From assembly GCA_964422525.1 (NCBI GenBank), contig CAYRAU010000001.1, positions 1 through 29,449 of the forward strand: a stretch of 29,449 nucleotides of DNA, written 5' to 3'. Made by a program: the position numbers and the translations under genes. Below are positions 23,974 through 29,449 of this stretch, one piece after another (within the stretch, counting starts at the first letter, position 1; each line of letters begins with the position of its first letter). The notes under the pieces are model-generated. The model searched no databases and had not been told where the DNA came from. It saw nothing but the letters and a program-made list of their open reading frames with translations. Origin of the DNA: Candidatus Woesearchaeota archaeon. Its GTDB lineage: Archaea > Nanobdellota > Nanobdellia > SCGC-AAA011-G17 > CAYRAU01.

Positions 23974-25083
23974 ATGTTTAAGTTTCTAAAAGACAAGATT
24001 AAGGAAGCTGTAAATAGATTCTCCAAAGATGTTGAAGAGCCTAAGGAAGAGCCAGCTAACCAGGAAGTAATCAAAGAGAAAGAGCCTGAGAAGAAGCAGG
24101 AAATCATTCATGATAAGCCTTTGGAAAAAGCCAATGAATTCAAGAAGCATGAAATAGCTAAAGAAGAGCCAAAAATTGAGGATGAAAATCCTGCAAAAGC
24201 TGAAAGCAAAGAGCCAGGCTTCTTCAAGAAACTGACTCAAAAGGTTACAAGCAAAAAAATAGATGAAGGCAAGTTTGAAAGTCTGTTTTACGACCTGGAG
24301 TTAATATTGTTAGAAAACAATGTTGCCTTGGATGTTGTGGACAGAATAAAAGAGTCAATGAAAATGGATTTGGTTGATGTTGACATTAAAGGCAGTGTTG
24401 CTGACAGAATTAAAGAAAGCCTTAGGGAAAGCGTAAATGAAATACTTTCTTTTAAACAATTGAATATTATTGATAAAATAAAAGAGAAAAAGCCTTTTAT
24501 CATCTTATTTGTCGGCATTAACGGCTCAGGCAAGACAACTACAATTGCCAAATTTGCTAATCTGCTTAAAAAAAACAAGCTGAAATGCGTTATTGCAGCT
24601 TCTGACACATTCAGGGCAGCTTCTATAGAGCAATTGGAATATCATGCTGAGAAGCTTGGCATTAAGCTTGTCAAGCATAAATATGGAAGTGATCCTGCAG
24701 CTGTTGCTTTTGATGCCATAAAGCATGCAGAAGCCCATAATCTTGATGTTGTCCTGATAGACACTGCAGGAAGAATGCACAGCAATGAAAACCTGATTGA
24801 TGAAATGAAAAAGATAGTAAGAGTTGCAAAGCCTGACTTGAAGATATTTGTCGGAGAAAGCATAACTGGAAATGACTGCTTAGAGCAGGCTAAAACATTC
24901 AACAATGCCATTAATCTGGACGGCATAATACTTTCAAAAGCTGATGTAGATGAAAAAGGCGGGACAGCCTTGTCTATAAGCTATGTAACAAAAAAGCCTG
25001 TATTATACATGGGAACAGGCCAGTCTTATGATAATTTAGAGGAATTTAGTAAGGAAAAAGTAGTAAAAAGCCTTGGTTTGTGA
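23974..25083 (+). CDS. ftsY: Signal recognition particle receptor FtsY
   Basis: GINGSGKTTTIAK, DTFRAASIEQL, DTAGR, SKAD, GTGQSYDNL; charged N-terminal region; TTTATAAA at -29. Confidence 0.96.
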   Translation: MFKFLKDKIKEAVNRFSKDVEEPKEEPANQEVIKEKEPEKKQEIIHDKPLEKANEFKKHEIAKEEPKIEDENPAKAESKEPGFFKKLTQKVTSKKIDEGKFESLFYDLELILLENNVALDVVDRIKESMKMDLVDVDIKGSVADRIKESLRESVNEILSFKQLNIIDKIKEKKPFIILFVGINGSGKTTTIAKFANLLKKNKLKCVIAASDTFRAASIEQLEYHAEKLGIKLVKHKYGSDPAAVAFDAIKHAEAHNLDVVLIDTAGRMHSNENLIDEMKKIVRVAKPDLKIFVGESITGNDCLEQAKTFNNAINLDGIILSKADVDEKGGTALSISYVTKKPVLYMGTGQSYDNLEEFSKEKVVKSLGL

Positions 25084-25146
25084 ATAAGATAGGCTTTTAA
25101 ATACTTATATATCCTCACTTTCATAAAAATTAGGGGAGGTATTAAT

Positions 25147-25290
25147 ATGACTGAAGCTCGCTGTATGAAATGCAAAGGTAATGTAGAAATTAAGAATCCA
25201 CAAACGGTTACAATGAAGAACGGCTTAAAAGCTATTAAAGGCATATGCCCTGATTGTGGCACTAAAGTGTTCAGAATAACTGGCAAATAA
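25147..25290 (+). CDS. DUF5679-type small basic zinc-ribbon protein (47 aa; not in ORF track)
   Basis: MTEARCMKCKGNVEIKNPQTVTMKNGLKAIKGICPDCGTKVFRITGK*; strong SD GGAGGT at 25135-25140 and upstream TATA-like boxes. Confidence 0.88.
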   Translation: MTEARCMKCKGNVEIKNPQTVTMKNGLKAIKGICPDCGTKVFRITGK

Positions 25291-25292
25291 GA

Positions 25293-25910
25293 ATGAAGTT
25301 CAGATATTATGCTTTAACTTTAGTCGGCATTAATATTTTAATTTTTATTCTACAAAATTTTTTTCCTTTTATAAATAACAACTTTATTCTTTATTCTTCA
25401 AGAGTTCTTTCAGAGCCATGGATGCTTATTACTGCTGTGTTTTTGCACGCTAATATTGTTCATCTGGTTTACAACAGCATGGCACTAGGCATATTCGGAA
25501 GCGTTTTAGAGAGCATTATAGGAAGCAAGAAGTTTCTGGTTATTTACCTTGTCACTGGCGTTTTAGCAAGCTTGGTTTCAGTTCCCTTTTACAACGCAGC
25601 TTTAGGAGCCAGCGGAGCAATATTTGGAATAATTGGGACATTGGTTGTTTTAAGGCCAAAGATGATAATATGGCTTAATTTCATGCCTGCCCCAATGTGG
25701 CTTGCAGCTATTATCTGGGCTGTAATTGATGTTTCTGGAATATTTTTGCCTGGAAACACAGCTAACATCGCCCATCTTGGAGGGTTATTTTTTGGACTGC
25801 TTATAGGATTTTTCTTATTAAAAAGATTCAGGGAAAGAAAAGGCTCAAAGCTTTCAGATGCCTTAACCGGGAAAGATATTGATTCCTGGGAAAATTACTA
25901 CATGAGGTAG
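25293..25910 (+). CDS. Rhomboid intramembrane serine protease
   Basis: PWMLITAVFLHAN..HL.YN, GASGAIFG (Ser), AHLGG (His), multiple TM helices. Confidence 0.93.
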   Translation: MKFRYYALTLVGINILIFILQNFFPFINNNFILYSSRVLSEPWMLITAVFLHANIVHLVYNSMALGIFGSVLESIIGSKKFLVIYLVTGVLASLVSVPFYNAALGASGAIFGIIGTLVVLRPKMIIWLNFMPAPMWLAAIIWAVIDVSGIFLPGNTANIAHLGGLFFGLLIGFFLLKRFRERKGSKLSDALTGKDIDSWENYYMR

Positions 25911-25940
25911 TTTTAAATATTTTTACAATGTAATTAAATC

Positions 25941-26258
25941 ATGATAATCGTAAATACTCCGACAATTGAAGACAAGAAAATAAAAGAAGTTCTTGGATTA
26001 GTAAAAGGAAGCACTGTAAGAGCTAAATGGTTCGGCAAGGATATAATGGCTGGCTTGAAGCAGATTATTGGCGGAGAAATTAAAGGATATACTGAAATGT
26101 TGGCTGAAGCAAGAGATAATGCCACTCAAAGAATGATAGATGAAGCTAAAAAGCTCAATGCAGACGCAATAGTAAATGTTAGATACGCAACAAGCAATAT
26201 TATGCAGGGCGCTGCTGAAATCCTGGTTTATGGAACTGCTGTCAAACTAAAGAAGTAG
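25941..26258 (+). CDS. YbjQ/UPF0145 family protein
   Basis: VLGLVKGSTVRAK..GKDIMAGLKQIIGGEIKGYTEML..AR..LNADAIVNVRY..EILVYGTAV. Confidence 0.93.
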   Translation: MIIVNTPTIEDKKIKEVLGLVKGSTVRAKWFGKDIMAGLKQIIGGEIKGYTEMLAEARDNATQRMIDEAKKLNADAIVNVRYATSNIMQGAAEILVYGTAVKLKK

Positions 26259-26342
26259 TTATTTCTTCAAGTAAGCTTCAAACACAGGCTTTAAGTTTTC
26301 TATAACCCTTAAATTTATAAAGATTCTTTCCAGGATTAATCT

Positions 26343-27689
26343 ATGGTATTGGAGAAGTTTTCCACATCTTTAAAGAATGTATTAAGCAAGATAGCCAAGT
26401 CTATATTTTTGGATGAAAAGCTGATAAATGAGATAATAAAAGAGATTCAAAGGGCTTTGCTGCAGGCAGATGTCAATGTGCAGTTGGTTTTTGACCTGAG
26501 TGAAAAGATAAAAAAAAGAGCCTTGCAGGAAAAAGTTCCTTCAGGAATAACTCAGAAAGAGCATTTGATAAAAATTGTTTATGAAGAATTGACTAATTTC
26601 CTGGGCGGAGAAAAAGAGGAAATAACAATTGAGCAGAAAAAGCCGTTTAAAATCATGATGGTAGGGCTTTTTGGATCTGGCAAAACAACAACTATCGGAA
26701 AATTGTCCACTTACTACAAAAAAAGAGGATATAAAGTTGCAACTTTGGGATTGGATGTTCATAGGCCAGCAGCTCCCCAGCAATTAAAGCAGATTAGCGA
26801 GCAGATTCAGGTTCCTTATTACATTGATGAAAAGGAAAAAGATGCTTTAAAGATTTATAATGGGTTTAAGAATGAGTTTGACAAATATGACATCTTGATT
26901 ATTGACACAGCAGGCAGAGACGCATTAAGCCAGGATTTGATAAAAGAAATTAAAGAATTGAATGAAAAGATCAAGCCTGATGAAAAAATCCTTGTTATCT
27001 CAGGCGATATAGGCCAGGCTGCCCAAAAGCAGGCAGAGGCATTTAATGAATCCTGCAAAGTTACAAGCGTTATTGTAAGCAAGCTGGATGGGACAGCAAG
27101 AGGCGGCGGAGCTTTAGCAGCATGCTCTGCAACAAATGCCAAGATAAAATTCATAGGAACTGGGGAGAAACCAAATGACTTGGAATCTTATAATCCAAAA
27201 GGATTTGTCTCAAGAATTCTTGGAATGGGCGACATAGAAGCTTTATTGGAAAAAGCCCAGGAGTCAATGACAGAAGAAAAAGCCCAGGATTTAAGCAAGA
27301 AGCTTTTGAAAGGCGAGTTTAATTTATTGGATTTGTATGAACAGATGGAATCCATGAAAAAAATGGGGCCTTTAAACAAGATTATGGACATGATTCCCGG
27401 CATGGGGCAGTTAAAGCTTCCCGGAGACATGCTAAAGGTTCAGGAAGGCAAGCTTGAAAAGTGGAAGCACGCAATGAATTCAATGACAAAAGAGGAACTG
27501 GAAGACCCTGAAACAATCGGCACTTCTAGATTAGCCAGAATAAGCAAGGGCTCAGGAGTTCCTGTTTCTGAAATAAGGGAATTAATAAAGCAGTATAAGC
27601 AGAGCAAGAAGATGATGAAGCTCATGAAAGGAAAAGATCCTGGCAAGATGTTTAAAAAACTGCAGGGAAAAATGCCTTTTAAAATATGA
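26343..27689 (+). CDS. srp54: Signal recognition particle protein SRP54
   Basis: GSGKTTT, DVHRPAA, DTAGR, SKLDGTARGGGAL, RILGMGD, Met-rich M domain (SMTKEELEDP..SRLARISKGSG); TTTATAAA at -29. Confidence 0.96.
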   Translation: MVLEKFSTSLKNVLSKIAKSIFLDEKLINEIIKEIQRALLQADVNVQLVFDLSEKIKKRALQEKVPSGITQKEHLIKIVYEELTNFLGGEKEEITIEQKKPFKIMMVGLFGSGKTTTIGKLSTYYKKRGYKVATLGLDVHRPAAPQQLKQISEQIQVPYYIDEKEKDALKIYNGFKNEFDKYDILIIDTAGRDALSQDLIKEIKELNEKIKPDEKILVISGDIGQAAQKQAEAFNESCKVTSVIVSKLDGTARGGGALAACSATNAKIKFIGTGEKPNDLESYNPKGFVSRILGMGDIEALLEKAQESMTEEKAQDLSKKLLKGEFNLLDLYEQMESMKKMGPLNKIMDMIPGMGQLKLPGDMLKVQEGKLEKWKHAMNSMTKEELEDPETIGTSRLARISKGSGVPVSEIRELIKQYKQSKKMMKLMKGKDPGKMFKKLQGKMPFKI

Positions 27690-27844
27690 AGCACAAAAAC
27701 TTGATTTACGCTTTTATAATTTTAATAGTAATCTATTTCCCATTGTCTTTAATCATAGAAAGCAGGCCTGCATTAATATTAATAGCAGCTGGCTTGGCTT
27801 TATTGTTGTCATCTTTGGCTAATTACTTTGAAAGAAAAAAATGA
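27686..27844 (+). CDS. Small two-TM membrane protein (52 aa; not in ORF track)
   Basis: MKHKNLIYAFIILIVIYFPLSLIIESRPALILIAAGLALLLSSLANYFERKK*; ATGA overlaps at both ends (with srp54 and bud32). Confidence 0.65.
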   Translation: MKHKNLIYAFIILIVIYFPLSLIIESRPALILIAAGLALLLSSLANYFERKK

Positions 27845-28452
27845 AAATACTAAAACAAGGAGCAGAGGGCATAATTTATCTGGAGAACGGAAATTTAGTA
27901 AAAGAAAGAATTAGAAAAAGCTACAGGCTGGAAGAGATTGATTCTAAGATTAGGAAGTTCAGAACTAAAAGAGAAGCCAAGATTCTGGAGAAAACAGAAA
28001 ACTCTCCCAAAGTCCTGAAGATTGATGAAAACAACAGCAGAATAATAATGGAATACATTAAAGGCGATTTGTTAAAAGACAGGCTTGATGATTATAATAA
28101 AGAAAAAATGCTTAAGGTCTGCAAAGAAATTGGAGAAGAAGTGGCTGGACTGCATGATAAGAATATTATTCACGGGGATTTAACAACAAGCAACATGATA
28201 CTAAAAGATGACAAGGTTTATTTCATAGATTTCGGCTTGGGCTTTTTTTCAGCCAAAGAAGAGGACAAAGCTGTTGATATAAGATTGTTCAAACAGGCTC
28301 TGGAAAGCAAGCACTACAAGCATTTTGATATTTGCTTTAACGCTTTCTTGCAAGGATACAAAAAGAGCGAAAATTCCAAGCAGGTATTGGCAAGACTGGA
28401 TAAGGTAGAATTAAGGGGGAGATATAAAAGAAAGAAAAATGGCAGAGCCTAA
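27841..28452 (+). CDS. bud32: KEOPS kinase/ATPase Bud32
   Basis: KQGAEG, KERIRKSYR..ID..RTKREA, HGDLTTSN, IDFGLG, EDKAVD, VELRGRY. Confidence 0.95.
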   Translation: MKILKQGAEGIIYLENGNLVKERIRKSYRLEEIDSKIRKFRTKREAKILEKTENSPKVLKIDENNSRIIMEYIKGDLLKDRLDDYNKEKMLKVCKEIGEEVAGLHDKNIIHGDLTTSNMILKDDKVYFIDFGLGFFSAKEEDKAVDIRLFKQALESKHYKHFDICFNAFLQGYKKSENSKQVLARLDKVELRGRYKRKKNGRA

Positions 28453-28564
28453 CCTATTATTAGTGGTTTTTTTGTCTTTAATCAGCTTGTTAGTTGTAGC
28501 TTATTTGATATTTCATCCAGACAGCGCTTTTAGAAGAGGTAAGAAACCTTTAAAAAAGCAGTAA
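28439..28564 (+). CDS. Small single-TM protein with basic tail (41 aa; not in ORF track)
   Basis: MAEPNLLLVVFLSLISLLVVAYLIFHPDSAFRRGKKPLKKQ*; overlaps the bud32 end by 14 nt and fills the gap before the tRNA. Confidence 0.5.
   Translation: MAEPNLLLVVFLSLISLLVVAYLIFHPDSAFRRGKKPLKKQ
28549..28556 (+). promoter_or_regulatory. TATA box for tRNA-Gln
   Basis: TTTAAAAA preceded by AAGAAACC, 32-25 nt before tRNA nucleotide 1. Confidence 0.55.
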
Positions 28565-28580
28565 ATTCTATTTATTTTGT

Positions 28581-28665
28581 AGCCCCATCGTCCAGCGGCC
28601 AAAGACACGGGCCTTTGGAACTATGAGGAAAGCCCGGAACCCAGGTTCGAATCCTGGTGGGGCTA
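28581..28665 (+). tRNA. tRNA-Gln (anticodon UUG) with 12-nt intron at 37/38 (28619-28630)
   Basis: Acceptor AGCCCCA/TGGGGCT (A1-U72, archaeal Gln hallmark), anticodon stem CGGGC/GCCCG enclosing 19 nt (7-nt loop + 12-nt intron), T arm CCAGG-TTCGAAT-CCTGG; no encoded CCA. Confidence 0.93.
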
Positions 28666-28703
28666 TACAATAATTTTATAAATTTCAATGCCCTTCAAAT
28701 AGC

Positions 28704-29090
28704 ATGGCAAGTGAGTTACAACAAGACTCTCGTATAAATGATTGCGGGAGAGATTATGACCTTGCTGTAGCCCAATATAGAAATATTACAGAACTACCAG
28801 GTTATACGTTAACGTTAAGGAAGCCTTTAGAGGTTGCTCTTTTTGAAACTTTTTATGGTTGAAATTCTCCAGGTTTTCGTGCTACTCATTTATTGCCTCT
28901 TGCCAATAATTCTGATGGTCAAGTTATAAGCGGCACAGATAAAACTGAAGATTTAGCCTGTCAAGATTTAAGTACCAAAATAGTTATTCGTTACGAATGT
29001 CTTCATATCGGTGTGCCAATAAAAGGTTTGTCACATGACGATATGATATTGCAAAAGCAGTATTTAGAATCAATTATAGCCAGAGCTTAA
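28704..29090 (+). pseudogene. 128-codon ORF interrupted by an in-frame TGA (28860-28862)
   Basis: ATG 28704 has TTTATAAA at -29. The frame continues past the single TGA (YG*NSPG) into the track's 28893-29090 ORF. Confidence 0.6.
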
Positions 29091-29129
29091 AACAAAAACC
29101 TTTTTATATCTAAAATACTTAATATCTAC

Positions 29130-29387
29130 ATGAAAGAAAAGCAAGAACAGAAAATTGGAGTTGTTAAAAGCTTTTTTAGCAAAATAAATGTTGCTGCTAT
29201 TGCTCTGGAAGCTGATTTGAAGATTGGAGACAAGATAAGGGTTAAGGGAGCTACAACTGATTTTCAGCAAAAAGTTGCTTCAATGCAGATTGACAGAGAA
29301 GAGATTACAGAAGCCAGCCAAGGCGATGAGATAGGCATTAAAGTTAAGGAAAGAGTAAGGCCTAATGACTTTGTTTATAGGATTTAA
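29130..29387 (+). CDS. Small stand-alone beta-barrel protein, EF-Tu domain II-like / U32 peptidase C-terminal-like
   Basis: IGVVKSFFSKINVAAI.L..DLKIGDKIRVKG.TTDF.Q.V.SMQID...A..GDEIGIKV.ERVRPND.VY. Confidence 0.85.
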   Translation: MKEKQEQKIGVVKSFFSKINVAAIALEADLKIGDKIRVKGATTDFQQKVASMQIDREEITEASQGDEIGIKVKERVRPNDFVYRI

Positions 29388-29449
29388 TGTGAAGATTTCT
29401 AGAGTCATTCACCAAAAACAAGGCTTTTAACGGCTATAATGCCTAAATT

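Noticed and set aside
25026-25286. 86-aa minus-strand ORF in the track
   Set aside because: It is the antisense of the DUF5679-type ORF 25147-25290, which has the SD, the TATA box and a recognisable zinc motif.
26259-26342. Possible SRP (7S) RNA or other ncRNA near srp54
   Set aside because: All intergenic gaps are short and AT-rich; no GC-rich structured segment exists apart from the two tRNAs.
1245-27694. Many short track ORFs overlapping real genes (e.g. 1245-1442, 1594-1809, 3087-3356, 3481-3744, 5379-5741, 11837-12247, 12615-12989, 18107-18487, 24288-24926, 26855-27694)
   Set aside because: Antisense or alternate-frame shadows of well-supported genes, with F/L/S/I-rich composition typical of reverse-complemented Lys/Glu-rich coding DNA and no start signals.
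28806-28815. Perfect palindrome ACGTTAACGT
   Set aside because: A single 10-bp palindrome inside a coding frame is expected by chance in 29 kb.
28860-28862. Selenocysteine or genome-wide UGA recoding
   Set aside because: UGA is a normal stop elsewhere here (5932, 18776, 25081, 27687, 27842); there is no redox motif around the codon and the 39-nt AT-rich 3' gap shows no SECIS-like hairpin.
4999-29449. Integrated element or prophage at either tRNA
   Set aside because: No integrase, transposase, or duplicated tRNA 3' end (att site) was seen in the window; the flanking genes are mostly housekeeping.
29405-29449. Possible C-terminus of a minus-strand gene (NLGIIAVKSLVFGE*)
   Set aside because: Only 14 codons at the window edge; cannot be supported.
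1-29449. CRISPR array, rRNA or DNA-level tandem repeats
   Set aside because: No regularly spaced direct repeats or long GC-rich RNA genes seen; the repeats found are at the protein level only.

Overview
AT-rich, very densely packed archaeal chromosomal segment. Gene content and motifs point to a DPANN (Woesearchaeota/Nanoarchaeota-like) organism; this assignment is inference. Housekeeping genes: RPA, RadA, aEF-1beta, EndoQ, the Gins15-L44e-S27e-aIF2alpha-Nop10-PAC2 operon, ApgM, TruD, FtsY, SRP54, Bud32, tRNA-Arg(GCG), and tRNA-Gln(UUG) with a 12-nt intron. Six small ORFs missing from the supplied track are supported by start/stop coupling or RBS, plus motifs: 5764-5934, 18774-18935, 23802-23942, 25147-25290, 27686-27844 and 28439-28564. 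The least explained region is a cell-surface locus at 7465-16753: an A24 prepilin peptidase, a geranylgeranyl reductase, a 969-aa mosaic surface protein, a class III signal-peptide (pilin-like) protein, a membrane-anchored protein and two paralogous lipobox proteins. Other notable items: a PC4-like protein coupled to radA; a HIT protein lacking its catalytic histidines; single TATA boxes apparently shared by divergent genes; a fixed TATA-to-ATG spacing of 29 nt; a tRNA overlapping both neighbouring CDSs; and a promoter-bearing ORF next to tRNA-Gln with an in-frame UGA. No CRISPR array, transposase, integrase or rRNA was seen. Family assignments come from motif recognition only, without database searches.
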